A DNA stretch of 64,000 nt from a virus (Duplodnaviria > Caudoviricetes). The DNA lies in the IMG/VR virus record IMGVR_UViG_3300012007_000672, positions 4,808 through 68,807 of that record; one strand, written 5' to 3'. The first letter of the stretch is position 1, and every line of letters starts with the position of its first letter. A model generated the notes under the pieces. The model was not told the DNA's origin. It did no database searches and saw only the letters and a program-made list of their open reading frames with translations. This document shows positions 38,366 through 48,981 of the stretch, piece by piece. The translations under genes and the position numbers were made by a program.

Positions 38366-40354
38366 TCAACCCACGTAGTGCGGATTAAGTGTGGCGTTGA
38401 TGGTGCGGACACCATTAACCATACGCTCCAGCTCGAGGAACTTGGTGCCTGCCACGTTCAGCACTACCATGATGTAGTCGCCTTCGGCCTGAGGAACCCA
38501 GTTAGAGCTGATCTCCGAGAACTTGCCGTCCTTGGCGATGGTGGTGGCGTTGGTCGTCGAGCCGCACTCGATGATGTAGGCCACACCAGCCTTGGCATGC
38601 TCGATATCGGTGACGGCAGTGGCAGCAGTGTTAGCTGCGGTCTCGAACCAGAATCCGTTCTTGGCATCGGCCTTGGTGGCGTCGGCAGCCAGGCTTGAGC
38701 AGAACTTGTTGAGGAAGATCTGCTGGAACTCGTAGTCGTTGGCCACGAGATCGGCCTTGCTGGAGAAGCGCTTGCCGAGGAATGCGGCAGCCGTACCTTC
38801 CTTCCAGGTGCTCCATGCACGTACTAACTCCATCTGCTGCTCCATCTGGATGGCCATCATCTCACCGGGCAGGTACTCCAGGAACTGCAGGTTGCCCGGC
38901 TCATGGATCATCATGAACTTGGTGTTGCCCAGGTAAGGCAGCCAGATGGTGTGCACCTCTGTATCGGGTACGACGTTGGCATAACTCTCCACACCGGTAA
39001 AATCGTTGTCAAGATGGTACTGGGTGCGGATGCACTTGAGCCACCAGGGCTTGTGACGCTCGTTCAGGTAGAGGAACTTGCCACTGAGGTTCTCATCCTC
39101 GCCCAGGTGAGATGTGACGTCATCGACGAAGGCCTTCACGGCGGCGAGCATGGTGCTCTCGGTGTAGGAGCGGTAGGTCTTGTCCTCATCATCGGTCACC
39201 AGCAGCTTGTTCGAGTGGATGTAGTCGATCAGGCGGTAGAGGATACCGGTAGAGGTGTGCAGGTAGGATCCTGCCACGCCGGTCTCAGGGGCCACGTAGA
39301 TACCGCGCATACGGCGGATATTCTGCTCGCGCTGGGCCTGCAGCAGGGAGTTGAGCAGCTGGTACTCGATCATGGTCCACTTGATAGGATCGCTGCCAGA
39401 GGTGTTCAGGTAGGCAATATACTTGCGCTCCAGCTCCTTCATCGGACCCCACATCATCTTGATCATGGCATCGTCAACGTAGCCGCGCTCGTTCTCGATC
39501 TTCATGCCTCCCTTGCAGACAGGACCGGCCTGCCATGCCTGAGACACCTCGTCGAAGAAGGCGTTGAAGAGCAGGTCATTGTCCTGGATGCCATAACGGA
39601 CGGGGAAGAATTCCGTCATGTTACGGGTAGAGAGCACACGGGCGATGATGGCGTCCTGACGGCGGACGGTAAACTGGGTACCCATGTCACCGAGGTTGTC
39701 GACACCGGCATAGTTCGTAGAGAACTCACCGGCAGCCAGGGCCTTCAGATTGGTCAGGCCGTTCTGAACGAGATACTGCATACGCTGCATGAGCGACTGT
39801 CCGTATCCGCGTACTGCCTTATGGAAGGCCTGTTCCTGCTCCTGAGTGGGAGCCCCCATGGCAGCTGCTGCCGACGGGTTGGCCATGATGCGGTTCCAGC
39901 GCAGGTCCATGGAGAACATCGGCGCATTGATGCCGAAGAGGAACTCCGGCGTGTGGGCCATGCCGTTGATCGGGATGATCACGGTAGAGCCCTCATGGGC
40001 GGCATGGTCATCGTCCGGACGGGAAATCACCTGCTGGAATCGATTACCGAGTTCATGGATGGCATCGATAATACCCTGCTGGGTAGCGGGCTGTTGAGAG
40101 GCAGCGGCCTGCTGAGAGGTTTCGGACTGCTGGCCACTGGCCACCACTACAGCCTCGTAGATCTGGTTGAGCAGCTGCTGCTGGGCCTGCTGCACGGCCT
40201 CGGCATTCACATCGTCACGCAGGGTGACTTGGTAGTCCTCCTGGTAAGCGTTTACGATCTGCTGGAACTCCTCATTGCTGAGGGTCTTCTGTTCGAGCTT
40301 GGCGGTGAGTCCGAGCTTCTCGGCCACCGTCTTGAGTTTTTCTCTCCAATTCAT
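38366..40354 (-). CDS. Major capsid protein with N-terminal scaffold-like region
   Basis: 662 aa after the S49 protease; Q/A-rich N-terminus and C-terminal beta domain. Confidence 0.75.
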   Translation of the reverse strand: MNWREKLKTVAEKLGLTAKLEQKTLSNEEFQQIVNAYQEDYQVTLRDDVNAEAVQQAQQQLLNQIYEAVVVASGQQSETSQQAAASQQPATQQGIIDAIHELGNRFQQVISRPDDDHAAHEGSTVIIPINGMAHTPEFLFGINAPMFSMDLRWNRIMANPSAAAAMGAPTQEQEQAFHKAVRGYGQSLMQRMQYLVQNGLTNLKALAAGEFSTNYAGVDNLGDMGTQFTVRRQDAIIARVLSTRNMTEFFPVRYGIQDNDLLFNAFFDEVSQAWQAGPVCKGGMKIENERGYVDDAMIKMMWGPMKELERKYIAYLNTSGSDPIKWTMIEYQLLNSLLQAQREQNIRRMRGIYVAPETGVAGSYLHTSTGILYRLIDYIHSNKLLVTDDEDKTYRSYTESTMLAAVKAFVDDVTSHLGEDENLSGKFLYLNERHKPWWLKCIRTQYHLDNDFTGVESYANVVPDTEVHTIWLPYLGNTKFMMIHEPGNLQFLEYLPGEMMAIQMEQQMELVRAWSTWKEGTAAAFLGKRFSSKADLVANDYEFQQIFLNKFCSSLAADATKADAKNGFWFETAANTAATAVTDIEHAKAGVAYIIECGSTTNATTIAKDGKFSEISSNWVPQAEGDYIMVVLNVAGTKFLELERMVNGVRTINATLNPHYVG

Positions 40355-40396
40355 AATTCAAAACATTAATTAATAACTAAAAATTATCCATTATGG

Positions 40397-41353
40397 CTAA
40401 ACATGATCAAGGATGAAGCTCATCTCACGGCTTCCGGTAACCATGGACATGAGCTCCGCAACGGCCTCAGGGAACGTGCGGGTACCGTCGATGAGTCCCA
40501 CTTCCTGGGCACGGGCCGTCAGATAAACCTCTCCGCGCAGTACAGGGTGATCCTGATCTGTCGAGGCGAGTGCCTTGCGCTGCGACCGCACTTCGGCGAG
40601 GAACTCCTCATTGATGGGGTTGAGCACCTCGTCGATATATTGCTTGGGCTTTCCGGCTATCAGGTTGTCGGCCATCTTATTCTTCAGGTCGCTCTTGTCT
40701 GCTTTCGCCTCGATGAGCTTGATGCCAAGGCTGGCATAGTAGGGCTCGAAGTCGTGGAAGGAGACCATGGTACCGATAGAGCCGATGAAGTCGCCGGTGG
40801 TGACGGCATAGACCTTACGGCCATGACAGCCGATGTAGTAGGCTGCGCTGGCCATGCAGCCCTCGCAGAGTGTGAGCACGGGCTTGGCGAGTGAGCGCAG
40901 CGTCTCACTGAGGCGGTCCATATACCAGGCCTCGCCTCCGCTGCTGTTGATATGCAGCAGGTGGGCACAGATCTGCGGGTTGCGCTCGGCAGCCAGCAGA
41001 TCCTGCTCCAGCTGCTTGCTGGAGAAACACCAGCGTGAGTCGCCGGTGATGAAACCTTTGACGCGGTGATAGGCAATGGTGTCTGAAGGGAGTTCCTGGT
41101 TCTCGAAGTCGTTGGTGATCTGGACGGCCTTCGTCTCGCCATTGGCCCTGATAAGCTGCTGGAGTCTTACGACGGCTTTGTCGCACTCTTCCTTATAAGT
41201 CGGAGGATTGAGAAAGAAGCTCTTCACCTTCGGAAGCTCCGCGGCATCCGATGGCTTCATATACGGCAGCACCGTCATCACCATCTGGCGGTAGCCTTCG
41301 GAGGTGATGAACAGTGGCCGTTCTGAAAGGAGAATCGAAAGAATTTCGTTCAT
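40397..41353 (-). CDS. S49 (SppA/ClpP-like) prohead protease
   Basis: INSSGG, CMASAAYYIG, IGSIGT, KADKSDLK. Confidence 0.9.
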   Translation of the reverse strand: MNEILSILLSERPLFITSEGYRQMVMTVLPYMKPSDAAELPKVKSFFLNPPTYKEECDKAVVRLQQLIRANGETKAVQITNDFENQELPSDTIAYHRVKGFITGDSRWCFSSKQLEQDLLAAERNPQICAHLLHINSSGGEAWYMDRLSETLRSLAKPVLTLCEGCMASAAYYIGCHGRKVYAVTTGDFIGSIGTMVSFHDFEPYYASLGIKLIEAKADKSDLKNKMADNLIAGKPKQYIDEVLNPINEEFLAEVRSQRKALASTDQDHPVLRGEVYLTARAQEVGLIDGTRTFPEAVAELMSMVTGSREMSFILDHV

Positions 41354-41416
41354 TGGGCGTAGGAATAATTATTCACGCCCAAAGGTAGTTATATATAATA
41401 ATGTATGGAAAGACCG

Positions 41417-41776
41417 CTATCCGAGCGGATTGGTGACCATTTTGCAGGATACCCGCAGCTGTGACCGCTGAAGTTGGCGGCTGATCGTGACGCGGGCAGG
41501 TATCCCTGCCGTGCCGAGGGTGACGCTCGATCCGTCACAGCAGAACAGCCTTACCATACAGGTGCGCGGAATGCTGAATTTGCGGAGCACGGCATCATCT
41601 GGAGTGTCGATAACAAAGGTCTTGTCGCAATCGTACAGCAGGCCGCCACTGTCGTCGGAGGCTACTGGCTGAAACTCGAAATGGTCGGCCATAAAATCGT
41701 AACTGCCACCACCGGATATCGTAGTGGATGTGGAATTGAAAAGTACTACCTGAATGTGATTAGTGAATTCTTTCAT
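41417..41776 (-). CDS. Hypothetical phage protein
   Basis: 119 aa ORF. Confidence 0.7.
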   Translation of the reverse strand: MKEFTNHIQVVLFNSTSTTISGGGSYDFMADHFEFQPVASDDSGGLLYDCDKTFVIDTPDDAVLRKFSIPRTCMVRLFCCDGSSVTLGTAGIPARVTISRQLQRSQLRVSCKMVTNPLG

Positions 41777-41829
41777 ATTGTTGAAGATCTGATGGACAAA
41801 AATACGTGTTTAGTGTCAGCCAAAAAACG

Positions 41830-42357
41830 TTAAATAGTGGCATTTTTTTGGTATTTCCTCTTTTTTCTTGGTGATAGGCGCTGTCGATAGCGCTGGAAGT
41901 TCTTCAGGAGGGCATCACTGCTGATGCTCTCCAGACGGTAGTCCCTGATGAAGTCTTCGACTACCTCGCGCTGCTGACGCGGACGGCCCTGAGCCTCATT
42001 GTCCATCATGCGGGTATGGAAGTCGAAGTTGAAGAGAAGGCGTAGCTGAGCCTCTATCTCCAAGGCAGCAGCCGGTGACAGCCAGTTCCAGTACTCTGGA
42101 TGCTTACGCGGCATACCGTCGGCTCCAGAGCGGCGGCAAGGAAGGAATATCCTGAGGTTTGCCCCTGGTGTATCGGTGACTCCCGCAGGGCGACGCTCCA
42201 TGCGGTTCCAGATACAGATGTATAAATCGTAATTGTCAGGAATCTTTATCCCATGCGTTTTTTCGTCTAATTCGAACTTTCTGATGGCATACTCGGATAA
42301 ATAGGGCTCCACGCGGATACCTACAGTGCGATTTTGAAGGCGTCTTTTTTTCTCCAT
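41830..42357 (-). CDS. Hypothetical protein (possible late-gene regulator)
   Basis: 175 aa with basic HTH-like C-terminus (SSDALLKNFQRYRQR). Confidence 0.7.
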   Translation of the reverse strand: MEKKRRLQNRTVGIRVEPYLSEYAIRKFELDEKTHGIKIPDNYDLYICIWNRMERRPAGVTDTPGANLRIFLPCRRSGADGMPRKHPEYWNWLSPAAALEIEAQLRLLFNFDFHTRMMDNEAQGRPRQQREVVEDFIRDYRLESISSDALLKNFQRYRQRLSPRKKRKYQKNATI

Positions 42358-42380
42358 ATATCTATTGCCGATTTTTTGCG

Positions 42381-42771
42381 TCCTACAGTCCTACAATCCT
42401 ACAAGGTTTATAATAATATTCTGCAAAATTACTAAAAATATTTTAGTTATACAAATTTATTCAAGTAAATCTTTAATATAAAGATATCCTACAATCCGTC
42501 CTACACGTCCTACAAACCATCCTACAGCACTCCCAAAACAGCAATTTTGAGACAATTTGGGGAAATATGGGGGGAATTACCCCAAAAGCTGACCTGAAGG
42601 CTTGATTCCTACAGTGTCCTACAAAAAGGTGGGTGTTTCCTACAGCGTCCTACAAATATCCTACATTCCTACAATACTGAAATTATTATATATATTATTG
42701 ATTATTAAATAGTTAAGTAAGATTTAAGGTTTGAAACGAAATGCAATTTGTAGGATTGTAGGAATGTAGGA
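42381..42771. repeat. Iteron-like TCCTACA array, probable phage replication origin
   Basis: 13 direct copies (42381-42673) and 3 inverted TGTAGGA copies (42749-42771) around AT-rich spacers, downstream of the primase-helicase. Confidence 0.75.
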
Positions 42772-43147
42772 AGCATATTTTTGAATTTCCAGATTTCAAA
42801 ACCACCACTTTAAGCGTTTTCTTTTCCAAATTTGGGGGTGTGGGGGATTTTGTGCCTGTTGGGAACCTCGAAATGTAAAATGATAGTCACGCGAAATAAC
42901 GGGCAATAATTCTTGGCGTTATCACTTGACTTTTGTATCTTTGCATCGTAAATTGGGGGAATATATACCTTAAACAGTGTTTAAGGGAAACAAGCTTGTT
43001 CGTTATTGAGGGAGTGTCTTTGATATGTTTCGCGGTAGCGCCTTGCAGGCGCACCGAAAAAAGGCCCTCCCGATTCTCACGAAGGGGGAGGGCAGGATTA
43101 TTGACTTGAAAATAATCCGGCGACTGGATTAGCCGGAGATATATCCG

Positions 43148-46100
43148 TTAGAACGGAAGATCTTCTTCCTTGACGCCATTGTTGTCTTGATTACCAGACT
43201 GCGGCGGTTCTTCAACCACCTCGCGCTCGTCTGCCGCTTCGTTACGGCGGAAGTCTATGCTGTAGGCGGCCATGAATGTATCGTAGTCGATGATTACAGC
43301 CGATGTGCTTGAAGATCGCACCTTCTCGACCCTCACAGCCCTGCCCAGCTGTATGTTCATCTCCTCGGTGAATTCTGTCCAGACAAAACGATGTGAGGGG
43401 ATAGTGCCGATATACGAAGGATGGGAACGAAGGTTCTGATCGAGGGTGGAGAATGTGGTGTTTTCGGTGTTGTAGCCCAAGCGCGAGAACTCGTTGAACA
43501 CGTTCTGCAGACGCAGGAACATGACATTCCTGCCAGGACCGAATACAAACGTCTGAGGCTGGCCGTCGGCATTCTTACCAGTGGCCTTGCCGGGCTGCTC
43601 GACGCGGAAGTCGCGTCCTGGCAGAACCTGATGGTTGTTGATCATCGTATCGACGGCCTTGAAGAACTGACCGAGCTTGTCGGTGGAGCGGATGAGAGAC
43701 AGTTGCCAGTCAACCTTCTCCTGGGCGATCTTGAAGAATTGCTGATAGGTGAAGGGAAGCTTCAGGTCGCTGTATTGCTCGATGAGCTTGACCATACCCA
43801 GGAAGAGCGACACAGTCTTCATCAGTCGGTCGCGCTCGCCAGAGTTTACAACGCCCTGCTTAAGCTCCTCATAGGCCTGCTGGCGTAGCGGCCGGTAGTG
43901 ATCCATCACTGCAGGCCTGAGTGCAAGGATCTGCATCAGTATATTATGGAGTCCGCCACCACGGTTGGGGTCTTCGTGCATTTTCAGACGCTCGAATACC
44001 GCACTCTCCTCAGGCGTGCGGTCCTTGGGTTTCGGCACCTCGCAGATGATGACGCGGCTCATTAGCGAGTTATCATCGCGCTGGGGCTGCTCCTGGCCGC
44101 AGACTATGACAGGTGTATAGACCTTGTCGCTCTCGAAATCCTTGCCGCTTGATCCCTTTCGCTTAAGCTTCTCCTCGCCGTCATAGACGATGGACTTGAG
44201 TGCCTGGAACTTGATGTTGGAGATGTCGTTGTTGTTGTATTCATCGAGAACCACAGGTACGTCCCTGAAAGCCGACATGTAGGTCTGCATGGCAGCGTCG
44301 GTGCCAGTGTTCAGGTTGAAGATGCTCTGATGGGGACTGATGAATAGCGAACGGATGCTGACGGCGATCTGCGTCTTTCCTGACGACATCGGGCCAATGA
44401 AAAATGGAGCCGTAAAGATACGGTCGATACAGTGGATGTTGCTACGGAATGCGCACATGATAGCAAATACGGTGGCCCACCAGCCGTTATTATTGATCTT
44501 ATACACCTCGCCCATCAACCTTGCCCACTCTTCGAAAGATATCTGTTTTTCGACGGGTACCTCACGATATACAAGCTGCGAAATGAACTCATACTTGTCG
44601 CTCTGACGACCCTGGCCGGCATAGATGGTGGAGAAGGCAGGCAGGTAGTAGTTCTGTGAGTTGTGGGTGACCACGCCCATGGTGTCGATGGGTACGAAGG
44701 CCATGTGGCTACCTTCCATGTGTGCGATGCCGTTGGCGAAGGCAAAGAACTGCTCGTCTGGCCTGCGACTGCTGCCGTCACTCTGCTGATTTCCGTAAAC
44801 CTTCACCTCCTGGCAGGTTGTGTAATGCAGCGACATGTATTCCTTGATCTTCTTCCACTTCCACTCCTCACCATTAGAGAAGTTTACGGCGTCGTAGTTG
44901 CAGAGAACTTCCTCTATGCTCGACATCTTCAATAGTGATTTCGATACGACCTCTATGTAGAGAGGCGTATTTCTGTGCCGGCGGTTCACTTTGAGGACGC
45001 GCTTGTTCTGGTCGTAGTCTTCATTGAAGATATGCAGCAGCGGGGTCATGTAGAAGTCTCCTACCTGCACCATGCCGTTACCCTCCTTGGTCTTGAACAT
45101 ATAGCACACGGGATCGCCCTTCTTGTTTAGTCGCGGGTAAAAGCCGTATTCCCGCCACATATTCATATATTCTTCATTATCCTTCACATATTGAGGTGGA
45201 TCATACGGATCGAAGTATTCCCCATCATCGAGCCCTCCACCACTCTGGAGGCAGACTTTCATCGAGGCTTTCCTAGCCTGTACGTATGGTCGTCGGAGAT
45301 CATCGAACTGGCCGCGCGTCAGTTTTAGTTGTGAGCAGTAGCTTCCTCTGTTGATGGTGATCACGCTGTCGTCGGCAAAGCTCGTGAGTTCTATACAGCG
45401 CTTCACCAGCAGATCACGGTCGCCCCTGAACCCATCAAGGACTCTGCCGGTCATCCGGACGTAGAAGGTAATGAACGATTCCTCGATATTTCCACTGACA
45501 ACCTTGATATCCGTAATACCCTGGCGGAACATCTGCGCAAGCGTTTTCAGGTAGGGACTCTCCACACCCGTATCCGGATCGATACCGCAACCTGTCTCGG
45601 CAGTTATGAAGTAACCATAAATGGAGCGTAGTTTCTGGATTTCGCTATCTGGTACCACACCTTGGCAGAGGATGATGGGAGCATCTTCATACTGATCCAA
45701 GAACGTGTCCATGTCTGCAGTCAGAATTGCTGGCTGATCCTCCTCGATATGCTCCTTCAGCTCCTCGAGACCATAGATACCTGGCCGGTGTTCAGTATCA
45801 CTGGGATTGAGCTTAGTGCGAGCTTCGCGAATCTTAGTCTCAAGGATGGTCATCTTCGTGTCGAAATCCTTGGCCATCTGTTTCATATACTCCAGGCGCA
45901 AGCCTGCATCTCCTACGCAGCCCACAAGCCGGCATATCTCGTTGATGGCCTTGGCCGTTACATTCTCATCCTTGCAGCCCCTTGGCACCATCATCTTCCG
46001 GAACGCCTTGGGGAAGGTCATCGTATAGTCATCGAGCAGCTTCTGGGTAAGATCCTTATTTGTCCTGGCAAACTCGTCCGGATCCTTCCCCTTGGGTAAA

Positions 46101-47098
46101 AGTATGCATTTCACCGTGAATCCCGCTAACAGCAACGCCTCGCAGTTCTTCTGTGCCGCAGACTGTCCGGCCTGGTCGGTGTCGTAGATCATGCGCACTT
46201 CGGAGGTAAAACCCTGCAGCAGCCGCACCTGGTCGGGAGTGAACGCTGTGCCGGAACCGCCGACGGTGTTATCGATGCCATACTTAGCGAGTGTCATCAC
46301 GTCGAACTGCCCTTCTACCAGATAGGCATAGCCTTTCTTGCCGATGGACTGGCGGGCCTGCCAGAGACCGAACAGGTGACGCCCCTTGGTGAAGAGTGGC
46401 GTCTCGCCTGTATTCAGGTACTTAGGCAAATGGTCACTGGATGCCACCAGACGTCCGCTGAAGGCGACCACGTTTCCTCGTCGGTCATAGAAAGGGAATA
46501 TCACCCTGTCGCGGAACGTGTCGTAAGTGTGGCCATCGTCGCCTTGCCGAATAACGTCGATCTCCTTCAGACGATCCGTCGAGTATCCAAGGGCTGACAG
46601 CTCCGTGAGGCCGGCGTTCCCGGCGGGGGCATATCCCACACCGAATTTCTCCAGTATCGAATCATCGACATCATAGCCCCTCTGCTGCATAAAACTCTTA
46701 GCCTGCCCGATGTTTCTACGATAGAAGTCCGCGGCAGCCTTGATGGCAATGCGCTGCGCCTCGCGCTGTTTGTAGGCTTCCTGATCCTCGTCGCTCATCT
46801 CCCGTTTCGGTGGGTCGATCTGGTATTTCCGGCACAGCCATTCGACAGCCTCGAAGAATGTCATATTCTCGTGCCGCTGCAGGAACGTAAATACGTCACC
46901 GCCTTCACCGCAGACGAAACATTTGTAACGCTGCTTGACAGGGGATACAAAGAACGATGGAGCATGATCATCGTGAAATGGGCATATCCCCTTGTAATTT
47001 ACACCGGCTTTCTTCAGCGTCAGGAATTCGCCGATTACATCAACGATGTTCGCCGCGTCATGGATCTTGTCAACAACTGTTTGTAATTCTGCATTCAT
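43148..47098 (-). CDS. Primase-helicase: CHC2 zinc finger + DnaG TOPRIM + P-loop helicase
   Basis: CPFHDDHAPSF...YKCFVCG, VEGQFD, YDTDQAG, GPMSSGKT. Confidence 0.92.
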   Translation of the reverse strand: MNAELQTVVDKIHDAANIVDVIGEFLTLKKAGVNYKGICPFHDDHAPSFFVSPVKQRYKCFVCGEGGDVFTFLQRHENMTFFEAVEWLCRKYQIDPPKREMSDEDQEAYKQREAQRIAIKAAADFYRRNIGQAKSFMQQRGYDVDDSILEKFGVGYAPAGNAGLTELSALGYSTDRLKEIDVIRQGDDGHTYDTFRDRVIFPFYDRRGNVVAFSGRLVASSDHLPKYLNTGETPLFTKGRHLFGLWQARQSIGKKGYAYLVEGQFDVMTLAKYGIDNTVGGSGTAFTPDQVRLLQGFTSEVRMIYDTDQAGQSAAQKNCEALLLAGFTVKCILLPKGKDPDEFARTNKDLTQKLLDDYTMTFPKAFRKMMVPRGCKDENVTAKAINEICRLVGCVGDAGLRLEYMKQMAKDFDTKMTILETKIREARTKLNPSDTEHRPGIYGLEELKEHIEEDQPAILTADMDTFLDQYEDAPIILCQGVVPDSEIQKLRSIYGYFITAETGCGIDPDTGVESPYLKTLAQMFRQGITDIKVVSGNIEESFITFYVRMTGRVLDGFRGDRDLLVKRCIELTSFADDSVITINRGSYCSQLKLTRGQFDDLRRPYVQARKASMKVCLQSGGGLDDGEYFDPYDPPQYVKDNEEYMNMWREYGFYPRLNKKGDPVCYMFKTKEGNGMVQVGDFYMTPLLHIFNEDYDQNKRVLKVNRRHRNTPLYIEVVSKSLLKMSSIEEVLCNYDAVNFSNGEEWKWKKIKEYMSLHYTTCQEVKVYGNQQSDGSSRRPDEQFFAFANGIAHMEGSHMAFVPIDTMGVVTHNSQNYYLPAFSTIYAGQGRQSDKYEFISQLVYREVPVEKQISFEEWARLMGEVYKINNNGWWATVFAIMCAFRSNIHCIDRIFTAPFFIGPMSSGKTQIAVSIRSLFISPHQSIFNLNTGTDAAMQTYMSAFRDVPVVLDEYNNNDISNIKFQALKSIVYDGEEKLKRKGSSGKDFESDKVYTPVIVCGQEQPQRDDNSLMSRVIICEVPKPKDRTPEESAVFERLKMHEDPNRGGGLHNILMQILALRPAVMDHYRPLRQQAYEELKQGVVNSGERDRLMKTVSLFLGMVKLIEQYSDLKLPFTYQQFFKIAQEKVDWQLSLIRSTDKLGQFFKAVDTMINNHQVLPGRDFRVEQPGKATGKNADGQPQTFVFGPGRNVMFLRLQNVFNEFSRLGYNTENTTFSTLDQNLRSHPSYIGTIPSHRFVWTEFTEEMNIQLGRAVRVEKVRSSSTSAVIIDYDTFMAAYSIDFRRNEAADEREVVEEPPQSGNQDNNGVKEEDLPF

Positions 47099-47134
47099 TT
47101 TCTATTATTATTTTCCAAGTCAATAAAGTCATTG

Positions 47135-47599
47135 TCAGGTCCTACTCCTGTGGGGGGGGGTAGAAACCTCTATCTCGTCCGGCTCAAAAAGCTCAAGCTG
47201 TCGGCTCTCCAATGCCTCTGCCGCAGTAATGCCGAAGTAGGCGGCAATGGCTTTATATTCCTCTGGCTTGATCGACTTGCGTCCGTAAAACAGGTCTGCG
47301 TAGCGGGGTGCGCTCAGATGGCATTCCGCATAGAAATATTTAGAGGGCCTAAAATCCTCCAGATGTCTAAATCGCAGGCGCAGGAGCTCAACGAGAATGT
47401 TGCGCTTAACCGTTTTCTGGCCAGCAGGTACCAGACGGTGCTGGTGGATGTACATACGGACGGCCATCGGCGTACGCCCAAGGGCGAGAGCTATATTTTC
47501 TATAGTCTCACATCCAAAGTGGCTGGTGATGTAATCTTTGTCTTCCTGTGTCCACCGCTTGTGCTCGGTTTTCGCAACTAGTTTCACAACTGCAGCCAT
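47135..47599 (-). CDS. Hypothetical DNA-binding protein (HTH-like)
   Basis: WTQEDK...IALALGRTPMAVR. Confidence 0.75.
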   Translation of the reverse strand: MAAVVKLVAKTEHKRWTQEDKDYITSHFGCETIENIALALGRTPMAVRMYIHQHRLVPAGQKTVKRNILVELLRLRFRHLEDFRPSKYFYAECHLSAPRYADLFYGRKSIKPEEYKAIAAYFGITAAEALESRQLELFEPDEIEVSTPPHRSRT

Positions 47600-48006
47600 A
47601 CGTCTTCAGCAGTTTCGTTATCATTACAGAATACCTTGGCATCCTCAAGTCGCTGCCAAAGCATCTTTTTGCCTGTGGCCATGGCGAAGGCGTGTTCTGT
47701 GCCAGCACCACAGGACTTATCCCAGTCTTCGAGGAAATAGACGGCATCCTTCATTGACAGGATCATCAAGTCACGTAGCAGCGTATAGGCATAGAACGAA
47801 TGAAACTCGCCTATGAGCAGACTGGTGACGGGCGACATCGTATATTTCTCGTATTCCCAGCGCAGTGTCTTTTGCCACCGCTCGTCGGTCGGGTTGAATA
47901 CGTCGTAACCTTTAGCCCTCAGCATCTCCTCGGCACGGGCAAACTTCTGGCGAGTGGCATCACTGATCACCTCCTCACCGATCTTTCCTGCTATATATAC
48001 TTTCAT
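47584..48006 (-). CDS. DUF4406 / nucleoside deoxyribosyltransferase-like protein
   Basis: MKVYIAGKI, GYDVFNP, DAVYFLEDWDKSCGAGTE. Confidence 0.85.
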   Translation of the reverse strand: MKVYIAGKIGEEVISDATRQKFARAEEMLRAKGYDVFNPTDERWQKTLRWEYEKYTMSPVTSLLIGEFHSFYAYTLLRDLMILSMKDAVYFLEDWDKSCGAGTEHAFAMATGKKMLWQRLEDAKVFCNDNETAEDVWLQL

Positions 48007-48854
48007 ACTTCTATAATTTTATTTTTATTTGATCTTCTTGTCTGTGATGCTTTCAACCCATTTTCTTTGGCTGCGAAAGGATGCTTTCTATACCATTCTT
48101 TCAGACTGGCAATCCTTTTGGATTTGACTTCTTGTGTTTCCTGATGACCAGGCTTGAATTCTGTATCAGGGCTGTGTCTCACACCTTTCAAGAAAATTGA
48201 TTTTATACCATGTATTTTATTCTCCAGCTGCATCATTTTCAAGTGATGCATAGTGTTGCCGTGCTGCCATTCCGGATCCTTCTGCAGGCCAAGCTCCCTC
48301 GCCTTTCGGATGACTGTTCTCATACTGACACCGAGAATATCTGCAAGGTCTTCATTTTTGGTTGTGGCATACAACCTTTTCAGATCATCGAGCATCCTTT
48401 TGTTCCAGTATATTTTCCTCGATAGTCCATTGTGCTCGATGAGTCTGCCCGATGAATCGTGGCGGATGCCATCAGGAACCTTGCGGTTCTTCTGGTACCA
48501 CTCTTTTTTGTTCCGCTTTGTGCAATCCTTACACCATGAGCTTACTGAGCCGTCACTATTCCGATAAAAATCCCTTAGCCACAGCTTTCGCCCGCAGCAT
48601 GGACAAACCTTTTTCCTTTTCTTGGTAACTGTCTTATTCTTCATCATCATATTCTTCAGGATAGCATTCGTAATTGAGGGGCTGAGCACCCTAACTGAAC
48701 TGAATAGAGGATGCTCCTCTATCTTCTCACGCTGGGATTTTGCATCCACTCCGAGGATTTTACACACTGGCTTTACGGCCACTAACTGCTCTCTGCCATC
48801 AGCCACCACCTGGAGGCTGATGCCGTTCACGATTGCTACATTCTTTGTCGCCAT
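48003..48854 (-). CDS. Chimera: truncated P22-type antirepressor N-terminus fused to a zinc-finger/HTH protein
   Basis: VAVKPVCKILGVDAKSQREKIEEHP then an abrupt switch; CPCC...CKDC; internal MMMK start at 48650. Confidence 0.65.
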   Translation of the reverse strand: MATKNVAIVNGISLQVVADGREQLVAVKPVCKILGVDAKSQREKIEEHPLFSSVRVLSPSITNAILKNMMMKNKTVTKKRKKVCPCCGRKLWLRDFYRNSDGSVSSWCKDCTKRNKKEWYQKNRKVPDGIRHDSSGRLIEHNGLSRKIYWNKRMLDDLKRLYATTKNEDLADILGVSMRTVIRKARELGLQKDPEWQHGNTMHHLKMMQLENKIHGIKSIFLKGVRHSPDTEFKPGHQETQEVKSKRIASLKEWYRKHPFAAKENGLKASQTRRSNKNKIIEV

Positions 48855-48981
48855 AATGATATTGTTTTATTGGTAAATGATACAAAATTTGCTGGAAGGC
48901 TTTGCAGAAAATGTTCCCAAGGCTGGGAAAAAGTGCTGGAAGGCCTTGCAGGAAAAAGAGAGGTATGGAGAGGTGTCTGGA

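Noticed and set aside
42381-42771. CRISPR array
   Set aside because: The repeat is only 7 bp with irregular spacing, includes inverted copies, and no cas genes are present
9408-43730. Additional CTGGGCG matches in the phage body (e.g. near 15588, 25656, 26550, 28799, 38069, 43721) as shufflon sites
   Set aside because: Their number is near chance expectation for a GC-rich 7-mer, and they do not open orphan in-frame cassettes
4243-47816. Many long plus-strand ORFs (e.g. 5112-6161, 13848-14753, 37790-38698, 38903-40369)
   Set aside because: They are antisense shadows of GC-rich minus-strand phage genes and have no recognisable motifs
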